Assembly (NCBI GenBank): GCA_963718525.1
Contig: OY970355.1
Location: forward strand, 1,728,001-1,792,000
DNA from: Candidatus Dormiibacterota bacterium
GTDB lineage: Bacteria; Chloroflexota; Dormibacteria; Aeolococcales; Aeolococcaceae
DNA: 64,000 nucleotides
Direction of reading: 5' to 3'
In this document: piece by piece, positions 19,993 to 28,829 of the stretch
Layout: each line of letters begins with the position of its first letter
How positions within the stretch are numbered: the first letter of the stretch is position 1
Translations under genes and position numbers: made by a program
The notes under the pieces: model-generated
Seen by the model: only the letters and a program-made list of their open reading frames with translations
Told to the model about the DNA's origin: nothing
Databases searched by the model: none

Positions 19993-20721
19993 GTGGCCCG
20001 GGTACGGCGCGCGGTCGCGACCGCCGTCGACCGGCGCGGCGTGATCGTTCCCGGCGAGCACGTGCTGATCGCATGCAGTGGGGGACCGGACTCGAGCGCG
20101 CTGGTCGATGTGCTTGCGCGCCTTGCCCCACCGCGCGGATGGCGTCTCTCGGTCGCTCACGTCGATCACGGGCTTCGTCCCGGGTCGGCGGTGGAGGCGG
20201 GCGCCGTCGCGAGACTTGCGGCTGATCACGGGATCGAATTTCGCGCCCTCTCGGTGCATGTCGGGGCGGGCAGCTCACTGCAGGACAGGGCTCGCAGCGC
20301 ACGCCATGCGGCGCTGCGAGCTGAAGCGTCGAGGGTCGGCGCCGGGATGATCGCGCTTGGTCACACCGCGGACGACCAGGCTGAAACCGTCTTGATGCGA
20401 GCGCTGTCGGGCGCGTCCCCGAAAGGGCTGCTCGCGATGGCGGAACGTGAGCGCGGACTGGTGCGCCCACTCCTCCGCGTGTGGCGCGCCGCGACCGTCG
20501 CCTATTGCGCAGCGCTGGGCGTTGACGTGCTCGAGGACCCGAGCAATGCGGATCCTCGATTCCTCCGGAGCCGCGTGCGCCACGAGGTGCTCCCCGCCCT
20601 CGAGGAGGTCTTCCCAGGCGCTCGCCGCCGGCTGGTCGTGCTTGCCGAGCGCCAGCGACGTCTGCTCCAATTGGAGGGCGGCCCGGCCGAGCCGCCCGCG
20701 CGCCGGGGGTTGAGATCGTAG
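19993..20721 (+). CDS. tilS: tRNA(Ile)-lysidine synthetase, short form (catalytic domain only)
   Basis: ACSGGPDS PP-loop, HVDHGLR, GHTADDQAET, VRPLL and EDPSNAD..F.RSRVR; lies upstream of ftsH. Start approximate. Confidence 0.9.
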   Translation: MARVRRAVATAVDRRGVIVPGEHVLIACSGGPDSSALVDVLARLAPPRGWRLSVAHVDHGLRPGSAVEAGAVARLAADHGIEFRALSVHVGAGSSLQDRARSARHAALRAEASRVGAGMIALGHTADDQAETVLMRALSGASPKGLLAMAERERGLVRPLLRVWRAATVAYCAALGVDVLEDPSNADPRFLRSRVRHEVLPALEEVFPGARRRLVVLAERQRRLLQLEGGPAEPPARRGLRS

Positions 20722-20741
20722 ACCCCTGGTAGACTGAATTC

Positions 20742-22697
20742 GTGCCCACGTCTCGACGCAGCGTCACCTATATCGTCATCGCACTTTCCGTGATCGTCCT
20801 GGCCGCGGTCCTGTACAAGACGTTCCCGAGCAGCAATGCCGCGAGCCAACCCGCGGGTGTGCTCGACCACGCCATTTACAACTATGCGAACCCGTCGAAC
20901 GCCACGGGGATTACGATCAGCAGCAACACGTCGCAACCGGCCGAAATCCAGAGCGACGGACAGACGGTTGTCTGGTATTCCACGAGTGGGACGCAATACA
21001 CAACCGTAGAGTCGTCCGCAGACGCCGTCTCGAAGGAGTTCCAGGGTGCCAACTATTTCAACTACAAGGTCGATGCCGCCGGCGGGGGGAATTTCTTGCT
21101 GAGCGTGATCCTTCCCAACCTCATCCTCTTTGGCCTCATGGCGCTGATCCTGCTCTGGATCTTCCGTCAGACCCAGAGCGGCAACAACCAGGCCCTCTCG
21201 TTCGGCCGCAGCCGCGCCCGGCTGCTGGCGGGTGACAAGCCGGCGATCACGTTCGTCGACGTTGCCGGTGTTGACGAGGCCAAGCAGGAGCTCAACGAGA
21301 TCGTCGAGTTCCTCAAGTACCCGGACAAGTTCGTCGCGGTCGGCGCTCGCATTCCGAAGGGAGTCCTCCTGGTCGGCCCTCCGGGTACCGGCAAGACGCT
21401 GCTCAGCAAGGCGGTCGCGGGAGAGGCGGGCGTTCCCTTCTTCAGCATCAGCGGCTCGGAATTCGTCGAGATGTTCGTCGGTGTCGGCGCGAGCCGCGTC
21501 CGCGACCTCTTCGACCAGGCCAAGAAGAACTCACCCTGCATCGTCTTCGTCGACGAGATCGATGCCGTCGGCCGCCAGCGCGGTGCGGGCCTCGGCGGCG
21601 GTCACGATGAGCGCGAGCAGACCCTCAACCAGCTCCTCGTCGAGATGGACGGCTTCGAGACCAACCAGCACGTGATCGTGATCGCGGCCACCAACAGGCC
21701 CGACGTCCTCGACCCGGCGTTGCTTCGCCCGGGCCGGTTCGACCGCCACGTCATGCTCGACCGGCCCGACATCCGCGGCCGCCGCGCAATTCTCGAGGTG
21801 CACGCGCGCAACAAGCCGCTCGACCAGGGTGTCGATCTCGAGGTGCTCGCCAAGCAGACCCCGGGGTTCAGCGGCGCCGACCTGTCCAACCTCATCAACG
21901 AGGCTGCGATCCTCGCCGCGCGCGGCAATCGCAAGGTCATCGTCATGAACGACCTCGAGGAGTCGATCGCGCGCGTCATCGCGGGCCCCGAGCGCAAGAG
22001 CCGGATGATCAGCGACAAGGAGAAGCTGACGATCGCGTTCCACGAGATGGGGCACGCTCTGGTCGGCACCACCCTCGAGCACACCGACCCGGTGCACAAG
22101 GTCACGATCGTCAGCCGTGGCCAGGCACTCGGCTGGACGATGAGCCTGCCCATCGAAGATCGCTACCTGGTGAGCAAGGCCGAGCTCGTCGACCAGCTCG
22201 CCCAGATCCTGGGCGGCCGCTGCGCCGAGGACCTGATCCTCGGAGAGGACAACATCACCACCGGCGCGTCGGACGACATCCGCAAGGCGACGAACCTCGC
22301 TCGCAAGATGGTCACGGAGTGGGGGATGAGCGACAAGCTCGGCCCGCTCACCTTCGGCGAGCGCCCGGAGATGGTGTTCCTGGGCCGCGATCTCGGCGAA
22401 CAGCGCAACTACTCCGAGGGCATCGCTTCCGAGATCGATCAGGAAGTCCATCAGCTCGTCGCCGACGCATTCCAGCGAGCCAAGAAGGTGCTCCGCGATC
22501 GGGAGCACGTGCTCCGCGCGCTTGCCAGCCGGCTCGTCGAGGTCGAGACGATGGACGCACCCGAGATGAAGCGGATCATCGATGAGACCGAGTCGCACAG
22601 CGGCGTGGCCCCGGTGAACGGCAGCGGTCCGCTGCCCGAGGCGCCGCCGGCACCGCCGGACTTTGTTCCGCCGGCCGAGGCAGCAGCCGGAGCCTAG
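20742..22697 (+). CDS. ftsH: ATP-dependent zinc metalloprotease FtsH
   Basis: Two TMs, [19 protein letters not shown] motif and HEMGH. Confidence 0.96.
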   Translation: MPTSRRSVTYIVIALSVIVLAAVLYKTFPSSNAASQPAGVLDHAIYNYANPSNATGITISSNTSQPAEIQSDGQTVVWYSTSGTQYTTVESSADAVSKEFQGANYFNYKVDAAGGGNFLLSVILPNLILFGLMALILLWIFRQTQSGNNQALSFGRSRARLLAGDKPAITFVDVAGVDEAKQELNEIVEFLKYPDKFVAVGARIPKGVLLVGPPGTGKTLLSKAVAGEAGVPFFSISGSEFVEMFVGVGASRVRDLFDQAKKNSPCIVFVDEIDAVGRQRGAGLGGGHDEREQTLNQLLVEMDGFETNQHVIVIAATNRPDVLDPALLRPGRFDRHVMLDRPDIRGRRAILEVHARNKPLDQGVDLEVLAKQTPGFSGADLSNLINEAAILAARGNRKVIVMNDLEESIARVIAGPERKSRMISDKEKLTIAFHEMGHALVGTTLEHTDPVHKVTIVSRGQALGWTMSLPIEDRYLVSKAELVDQLAQILGGRCAEDLILGEDNITTGASDDIRKATNLARKMVTEWGMSDKLGPLTFGERPEMVFLGRDLGEQRNYSEGIASEIDQEVHQLVADAFQRAKKVLRDREHVLRALASRLVEVETMDAPEMKRIIDETESHSGVAPVNGSGPLPEAPPAPPDFVPPAEAAAGA

Positions 22698-22791
22698 GGG
22701 TACACTCTGGCCGACTGGCCCCTGGGGCCGTCGACGGGATCGATGCGATCCGGGGACGCGTGACACGCCTCGAGACTCGCTGCCGGCGACG

Positions 22792-22844
22792 GTGTCAGTG
22801 ACCTGATTCGCAGAGCGCTTGGATCCACCCAGGAGGACCGAGAC
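22792..22844 (+). ncRNA. putative pan-motif-like cis-regulatory RNA hairpin in the pantothenate operon leader
   Basis: GTGTCAGTGACCTG...CAGGAGGACCGAGAC forms a bulged stem enclosing the SD and ending at the GTG of the first pan gene. Resembles the Rfam pan motif from memory; no search was run. Confidence 0.5.
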
Positions 22845-23702
22845 GTGGAGGGAGCAGGCACACCAACCCTGGCGATCGTCGGCGCCGGCCGGGCCGGTTC
22901 CGCACTCGCGATCGCTGCGCATGACGCCGGCTACGGTGTCGCCGCCGTCGCCTCCCGACGCGGTGAGATGGCGGCGCGGCTCGCGGACACCGTCGGTGCA
23001 CGAGCCGTCGCCACGCCGCTGGCTGCCGTGACAGCCGCCGACCTCACCCTCCTCGCGGTGCCCGATGGGGCGGTATCGATGGTCGCGGCGTCGATCGCCG
23101 CCTCCGGGGTCTCCTTGCGCGGGCGTGGTGTCGTGCACCTCGGCGCGCGCTTCAGTCCCGAGATCCTCGCGTCGCTCCGCGTCACCGGGGCGGCCGTCGG
23201 CGTGCTCCACCCGCTCCAGGCACTCGCCGGGCCGGACAGCGCCTCACTGCTCGAGGGCGCCTACTTCCGCATCGACGCCGGCGGGCTGCTCCGCCGGTGG
23301 CTCGTCGGACTGGTGTCGGCACTCCACGCCACCGAGCTCGAGATCGATCCCGCGGAGGCGCCGCTGTACCATGCGGCCGCGGTGCTCGCGGGCAACGCAC
23401 CGCTTGCCCTGCTCGCGGAGGCGACCCGGCTGCTCGAGGCCGCGGGGGTGAGCCCGGAGGTCGCCCACGCTGCGCTGGCAGCGCTCCTCGAGGGCGCTGC
23501 CCACAACGCCCGCCGCGCCGGCACGGCTGCCGCGCTCACGGGGCCCGTCGCCAGGGGAGACCAGGACGCAATCGCGGCGCACCTCGATGCCCTCGCGAGG
23601 TATCCCGAGGCACGGGATCTCTACCTCCACCTCACCCGCGCGATGGAATCGCTGATCGCGAACCAGCCGGCCGCGGCTGACGCCGGCACCGCGGTGGCGT
23701 GA
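22845..23702 (+). CDS. Rossmann-like + DUF2520 oxidoreductase (PanG-type ketopantoate reductase)
   Basis: IVGAGRAG, LAVPD, LHPLQA, YHAAAVLAGN and LTGPVARGD; first gene of the panBC operon. Confidence 0.82.
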   Translation: MEGAGTPTLAIVGAGRAGSALAIAAHDAGYGVAAVASRRGEMAARLADTVGARAVATPLAAVTAADLTLLAVPDGAVSMVAASIAASGVSLRGRGVVHLGARFSPEILASLRVTGAAVGVLHPLQALAGPDSASLLEGAYFRIDAGGLLRRWLVGLVSALHATELEIDPAEAPLYHAAAVLAGNAPLALLAEATRLLEAAGVSPEVAHAALAALLEGAAHNARRAGTAAALTGPVARGDQDAIAAHLDALARYPEARDLYLHLTRAMESLIANQPAAADAGTAVA

Positions 23703-24505
23703 CCATGGTCACGGTCAAAGACCTCGCGGCGTGGAAGGCCGATGGGAAGCGGTTCGTGATGCTGACCGCGTACGACTACCCGACGGCCAGGCTCCTTGCC
23801 GAAGCCGAGGTGCCGGTGCTCCTCGTGGGGGACTCGCTCGCGGACAACGTCCTCGGCTATCCCAACACCATCCCGGTGACCATGACCGAGATGCTCCACC
23901 ACGCCCGCGCTGTGGCGCGCGGCGCCTCGAGCCAGCTGCTCGTCGGGGATCTCCCGTTCGGCTCGTACCAGCGGTCGTGCGGAGATGCGATCGACAGCGC
24001 AGTCGAATTTCTCAAGGCCGGCATGCACGCGATCAAGCTCGAAGGCGGCGGGTGGGTGGTCGAGACGGCCGGCCGTCTCACCCAGCGGGGCATCCCGGTG
24101 ATGGGTCACCTGGGGCTGACGCCGCAGTCCGTCAATGCCTTTGGCGGCCCCAAGGTGCAGGCGAGAAATGCCCGTGATCGCGAGCGCCTCATCGCCGACG
24201 CGCACGCTCTCGAGGACGCCGGGGCGTTCGCGCTCGTGCTCGAGGGGATACCGCGCGACCTGGCCGCGCAGGTCACGAGCGAGCTGGCCATCCCCACCAT
24301 CGGCATCGGCGCCGGACCCGACTGCGACGCCCAGGTGCTGGTGATCCACGACCTGCTCGGCATCACCGGCCACCTCCGCGGCGCCGCACCGAAATTCGTG
24401 AAGCAATATGCCGATCTCGGCGGTCTCATCGTCAGTGCCGCGCGCGCCTACGCGGACGACGTGCGCGAGGGCCGGTTCCCCGACGATGCCCATTCCTTCC
24501 ACTGA
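23699..24505 (+). CDS. panB: 3-methyl-2-oxobutanoate hydroxymethyltransferase
   Basis: MLTAYD, LLVGDSL, DLPFGSY, KLEGG, GHLGLTPQ and PTIGIGAG. Confidence 0.96.
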   Translation: MTMVTVKDLAAWKADGKRFVMLTAYDYPTARLLAEAEVPVLLVGDSLADNVLGYPNTIPVTMTEMLHHARAVARGASSQLLVGDLPFGSYQRSCGDAIDSAVEFLKAGMHAIKLEGGGWVVETAGRLTQRGIPVMGHLGLTPQSVNAFGGPKVQARNARDRERLIADAHALEDAGAFALVLEGIPRDLAAQVTSELAIPTIGIGAGPDCDAQVLVIHDLLGITGHLRGAAPKFVKQYADLGGLIVSAARAYADDVREGRFPDDAHSFH

Positions 24506-25382
24506 CCCTCCGGAGCTGCTCGCCACACCCGCAGCGCTCCGCCGGAGGTCCTCCGCATGGCATGCAGCGGGAGCGTCCGTGGGCATGGTGCCGACGATGG
24601 GAGCGCTGCACGCCGGCCATCGGGCGCTGATCGACCGCGCCGTCGCGGAGAACGACAGGGTGGTCGTGACCATCTTCGTCAATCCAGCTCAGTTCGGACC
24701 CACAGAGGACTTCAGCCGGTACCCCCGGAAGCTGGACGCGGACCTGGCGATGCTCGCTTCGGCCGGGGTGCATGCCGCCTTCGTGCCGGCCGTCGAGACC
24801 ATGTATCCGCCCGGCCTCGTGACCCGGGTCGACATCGTCGGGCCGCTTGCCGGCCGGCTCGAAGGGGCGAGCCGCCCGGGTCATTTCAACGGAGTCGCGC
24901 TCATTGTGACCAAGCTGCTGGTCGCCGGTCTGCCCGACCGAGCCTATTTCGGGCAGAAGGACGCGCAGCAGTGCGCGGTGGTTCGCCAGCTTGCCCGCGA
25001 CCTCGACACCGGCGTCGAAATCGTTGTCTGTCCAACGGTTCGGGACACTGACGGTCTCGCCGTCTCCAGCCGCAACGTCTACCTCAGCCCCGAAGAACGA
25101 GTGCGGGCAACGGCCATTCCATCGAGCCTTGCCAAGGCTTTGGCTCGATTCGAGGAGGGCGAGCGAGACGCGACAGCGCTGGCAACAACTGTTCGGTCCC
25201 ACCTGGAGAAGGAAGGACTGGACGTGGACTACGTCGCCGTGGTAAAGGCGGACGACTTCTCCGAGGTCCAAACCGCTGTCCCCACAAACGAAATCGTACT
25301 GGCTGCTAGAATAGGGAGCACACGGTTGATTGATGTCGTTCGGCTGGGGGTCGACACAGCGCCCGTTGGTCGTGGCGTCTAG
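24486..25382 (+). CDS. panC: pantoate--beta-alanine ligase
   Basis: VPTMGALHAGH, IFVNPAQF, RPGHFNGV, FGQKDAQQ, DGLAVSSRN and RLID. Confidence 0.95.
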   Translation: MPIPSTDPPELLATPAALRRRSSAWHAAGASVGMVPTMGALHAGHRALIDRAVAENDRVVVTIFVNPAQFGPTEDFSRYPRKLDADLAMLASAGVHAAFVPAVETMYPPGLVTRVDIVGPLAGRLEGASRPGHFNGVALIVTKLLVAGLPDRAYFGQKDAQQCAVVRQLARDLDTGVEIVVCPTVRDTDGLAVSSRNVYLSPEERVRATAIPSSLAKALARFEEGERDATALATTVRSHLEKEGLDVDYVAVVKADDFSEVQTAVPTNEIVLAARIGSTRLIDVVRLGVDTAPVGRGV

Positions 25383-25390
25383 GGGAGATC

Positions 25391-25579
25391 ATGCAGCGGG
25401 TCATCATGAAGTCGAAAATCCACCGCGCCACGGTGACGCGAGCTGCAGTCGACTACATCGGGTCGTGCGGTGTCGCACCTGAGTTGATGCACGCCGGCGC
25501 ATTGTGCGGCGACTGCACACCGGCGATCGTGCATGCGGACGCCACCAATCGCATTCGCGAGCAGGCGGCGATCGCGTGA
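25391..25579 (+). pseudogene. panD: aspartate 1-decarboxylase with large in-frame internal deletion (62 aa mini-PanD)
   Basis: MQRVIMKSKIHRATVT...YIGS matches PanD residues 1-25 (K9, H11, G24-S25). It then jumps to the C-terminal PAIVHADATNRI; roughly 60 residues including the Arg54/Tyr58 region are missing. Confidence 0.8.
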
Positions 25580-27159
25580 TGCACGGGGCCGCACCGACGG
25601 ATTACGACGTGGTGGTTGTCGGTAGCGGCATCGCAGGACTCTCAGCGGCACTCACGGCGGCGCCGGGCGCGCGTGTCGCGGTGGTGACCAAGGGCGCACT
25701 CGACGACGGGTGCAGCAGGTTTGCCCAGGGCGGGATCGCGGCCGCGGTCGGTGACGGCGACTCGCCGGAATTGCATTACGAGGACACCATCGCCGCCGGA
25801 CGCGGCCTCTGCCATCCTGATGCGGTGCGGGTGCTGGTCGAGGAAGGCCCTGCACGCATCCGCCAGCTGATCGAATGGGGAGTCGCCTTCGACACGCAGG
25901 ACGGTGAATTGCTGCTAGCGCAGGAGGCCGCGCACTCGCGTCCGCGCATTCTCCATGCGCGGGGCGACGCCACCGGCCTCGAGGTCGAGACTGCGCTGAT
26001 CCGCCGGCTGCGTGCCAGCAGCGCGAAGGTCATCGAACACGCCGACGTCACCAGGATCATCACCACGCCCGACGGCATCGGCTGCGGCGTGTCGATCACG
26101 ACGAACCCCTCCGAGTCGCATACCACCACGCTGACGTCAGCGGCGGTCGTGCTCGCGAGTGGTGGGGCGAGCCGTCTCTGGCGGAACAGCACCAACCCGG
26201 ACTCCGCCACCGGCGACGGCGTTGCCCTCGGATATGCGGCCGGCGCCGACGTCGCGGGCATGGAGTTCGCGCAGTTCCATCCGACGGCGCTTGCCATGGA
26301 CGGGGCGCCACGGTTTCTCATCAGTGAAGCCGTCCGCGGCGAGGGCGCGTGGATCGTCAACAGCGACGGCAGGCGCTTCGTGCTCGACGTCGATCCGCGC
26401 GGTGAGCTCGCCGGTCGCGACGTGGTGGCCCGCGCCATCTGGGACGAGTTGCAGCGCAGCGGCGAGCCCTGCGTCTTCCTCGACTGCGCGCCGCTCGGCG
26501 ATCGCGCCCCGGTTCGGTTTCCGACCATCGCGGCGACCTGCGCACGTTACGGCCTCGACATCACGCGTGAGCCGATCCCCGTCTCCCCGGCAGCGCACTA
26601 CATGATCGGCGGTGTCAGGACCGATCTCGATGGCGCGACCAGTGTCCCCGGACTGTATGCGTGCGGTGAAGTTGCGTACAGCGGCGTGCACGGCGCCAAC
26701 CGGCTGGCGAGCAACAGCCTGCTGGAGTCCTTGGTGTTCTCACACCGGGCGATGCACGCGGCGCTGGGATGGGCAGCGGAATCACCACCTGCTCACGCGG
26801 CGCCCACGCAGCGAACATCGAACTCGAGAGGTGCCGGCCTCGATCCTCGTGACGGCTGGAACACCCTGCGCGACACGCTCTGGACTGGAGCCGGCGTGGT
26901 TCGTGACGAACCCGGCCTGCGCGCCGCCGCGCGCGAGTGCGATGCGGTGGCCGTCGCCACCTCGGGAGCTACCACGCTGCCGGCCATGCAGCTGCACGCA
27001 GCCGCATCCACCGCATCGCTGGTGTGCACAGCCGCCCTGGCTCGCGAGGAGAGCCGTGGGTGCCACCTCCGTTCTGATCTCCCCCAAGCAAGCGATCAAT
27101 GGCATGGCGACCTCGTCATGCACAAGGACAGAGGAGCACGCTTTGACCGTCACCTTTAG
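25579..27159 (+). CDS. nadB: L-aspartate oxidase
   Basis: GSGIAGL, AQGGIAA, EAAHS..RILHA.GDATG, QFHPT, SEAVRGEG, AHYMIGG, GVHGANRLASNSLLE and ESRGCH. Confidence 0.93.
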   Translation: MHGAAPTDYDVVVVGSGIAGLSAALTAAPGARVAVVTKGALDDGCSRFAQGGIAAAVGDGDSPELHYEDTIAAGRGLCHPDAVRVLVEEGPARIRQLIEWGVAFDTQDGELLLAQEAAHSRPRILHARGDATGLEVETALIRRLRASSAKVIEHADVTRIITTPDGIGCGVSITTNPSESHTTTLTSAAVVLASGGASRLWRNSTNPDSATGDGVALGYAAGADVAGMEFAQFHPTALAMDGAPRFLISEAVRGEGAWIVNSDGRRFVLDVDPRGELAGRDVVARAIWDELQRSGEPCVFLDCAPLGDRAPVRFPTIAATCARYGLDITREPIPVSPAAHYMIGGVRTDLDGATSVPGLYACGEVAYSGVHGANRLASNSLLESLVFSHRAMHAALGWAAESPPAHAAPTQRTSNSRGAGLDPRDGWNTLRDTLWTGAGVVRDEPGLRAAARECDAVAVATSGATTLPAMQLHAAASTASLVCTAALAREESRGCHLRSDLPQASDQWHGDLVMHKDRGARFDRHL

Positions 27160-28009
27160 ACCCATCACCGAGGCGCTTTCGTCGGAGAGCATCGACCTGC
27201 TCATCGAGTCGGCGCTCGCCGAGGACGTCGGAGCTGGCGATGTCACGACCCAGGCCGTGATTCCGATGGATATGACCTGTCGAGGCAAGATCGTCTGCAA
27301 GCAGGACGGCGTGATCGCCGGCCTGAGCATCGCGCAGCGCGTGTTCCAGCGTGTCGATGAGCGGATTCAGTTCGATCCCAAAACCAAGGATGGCGAGAAG
27401 GTCCAGGCGGACCAGATCGTCGCGCGACTCTTCGGACCGGCTCGCGGCATGATGACCGCGGAGCGTGTCGGCCTCAACTTCCTGCAGCACCTGAGCGGGA
27501 TCGCGACCATGACCGCCAAGTACGTGAAGGCTGTCGACGGCACCAAGGCCAAGATCCTCGACACCCGCAAGACGACCCCTGGCCTGCGTGCCATCGAGAA
27601 GTACGCGACGCGCATGGGTGGCGCCGTCAACCATCGCATGGGGCTGTACGACGCGGTGCTGATCAAGGACACGCACCTCGCGCTCGTCGGCGGGATCACC
27701 CCGGCGCTCCGCGCGGCGCGCAAGGCGTACCCGGAGATGGAGATCCACGTCGAGGTCAGCAACCTCCAGGAGCTCGAGCAGGCGCTCGCGGACAAGGCCT
27801 CGCACATCCTCCTCGACAATTTCTCCTGCGGTCAGGTACGCGAGGCGATGCAGCTGATTCGCGGGCGTGCGACTGTCGAGGTGAGCGGTGGAGTCCAGGT
27901 GACCAATGCGCGTGCGTACGCGCTTGCCGGTGCCGACTACATCAGCGTTGGCGCGTTGACGCACTCGGCGGTGGCTCTGGACTTCAGCATGAAAGTAACT
28001 CGGTACTGA
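27143..28009 (+). CDS. nadC: nicotinate-nucleotide pyrophosphorylase (carboxylating)
   Basis: ALAEDVG.GDVTT, DTRKTTPG, NHRMGL.D, LIKDTH, LLDNF and ISVGALTHS; TTG start after AGAGGAG. Confidence 0.94.
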   Translation: MTVTFRPITEALSSESIDLLIESALAEDVGAGDVTTQAVIPMDMTCRGKIVCKQDGVIAGLSIAQRVFQRVDERIQFDPKTKDGEKVQADQIVARLFGPARGMMTAERVGLNFLQHLSGIATMTAKYVKAVDGTKAKILDTRKTTPGLRAIEKYATRMGGAVNHRMGLYDAVLIKDTHLALVGGITPALRAARKAYPEMEIHVEVSNLQELEQALADKASHILLDNFSCGQVREAMQLIRGRATVEVSGGVQVTNARAYALAGADYISVGALTHSAVALDFSMKVTRY

Positions 28010-28025
28010 ATCAAACGACTCTCGA

Positions 28026-28103
28026 GTGGGTCCTGTCACCGCGGGGACCCCTCGCCGCCGCGCTTTATGGCGCGTCGGCGCTGCCCCCCGCGGTGCCACC
28101 CAC
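28026..28103. repeat. REPIN-like long stem-loop element
   Basis: GTGGGT..CACCGCGGGG pairs with CCCCGCGGTG..ACCCAC; inner hairpin CGCCGCCGCGC-TTTATG-GCGCGTCGGCG; the left arm is itself GT followed by a GGGTCC...GGACCC palindrome. Confidence 0.65.
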
Positions 28104-28202
28104 CGGCTGTCTTGCTTCGGGCGCTCGTAGTGCGCGTTTCTCCGCTGGGTCGTTCCGCGTCCGGTGAGCGGTCTCTGAGCGTTTGACGGGTCCGTTTAAG
28201 TA

Positions 28203-28829
28203 ATGCCTACGGTTGTTGATGGGCCTACGGTTACGTTGCATGCGTTTGCGGTTTCGCATGCTTGGTTGACGCCGATTGTGATTGGGGTGACGGCGGCGTT
28301 CGTTTTCTTGTGTCCGATTCTCTTTGTGGTGGTTTGGGGGAGGGATCGGAGGCTGCGGCCGGGGGTTGCGGCGCTGTTGGGGCTGGCGTTGACGCAGTGG
28401 GCGGCGCATGAGGTGGGGAGGTTGTCGATCAGGCCGCGGCCGTTTGTGGCCATGCATTTCACGCCGCTGTTTCCGCATGCGGCGAACAATTCGTTTCCGT
28501 CAAGTACGACGGCATTCATCGCGGTCGCCGGGATCATTGGGGTGCTGGCGTGGCGGCGCCGGGGAGTGATCCTGGTGGTCGCCACGGCTGTTGTGGCGGT
28601 CGGGTGTGTGTATGTCGGGGTGCACTACGTGAGCGATGTGATCGTCGGCGCGGCGCTCGGGGCTACGTGCGGTGCGGTCACGTGGTTCGTGGCGGGGTTG
28701 CCGCCGGTGACGTGGGCGCTGAGCGCGGTGGAGCGGCGGTTTCCGCGACGGCAGCGTCGTGTCGAGGCGGCCGCGCCGGCCGATCCGCGCACTCGCGATC
28801 GGGTCGAAGTGCCTACAGGAGTGAGTTGA
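28203..28829 (+). CDS. PAP2-family membrane phosphatase-like protein (BcrC/undecaprenyl-PP phosphatase-like), degenerate motifs
   Basis: RPRPF, SFPSS (canonical SFPSGH) and CVYVGVHYVSDV (canonical RVY.GVHY.SD); several TMs. Confidence 0.75.
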   Translation: MPTVVDGPTVTLHAFAVSHAWLTPIVIGVTAAFVFLCPILFVVVWGRDRRLRPGVAALLGLALTQWAAHEVGRLSIRPRPFVAMHFTPLFPHAANNSFPSSTTAFIAVAGIIGVLAWRRRGVILVVATAVVAVGCVYVGVHYVSDVIVGAALGATCGAVTWFVAGLPPVTWALSAVERRFPRRQRRVEAAAPADPRTRDRVEVPTGVS

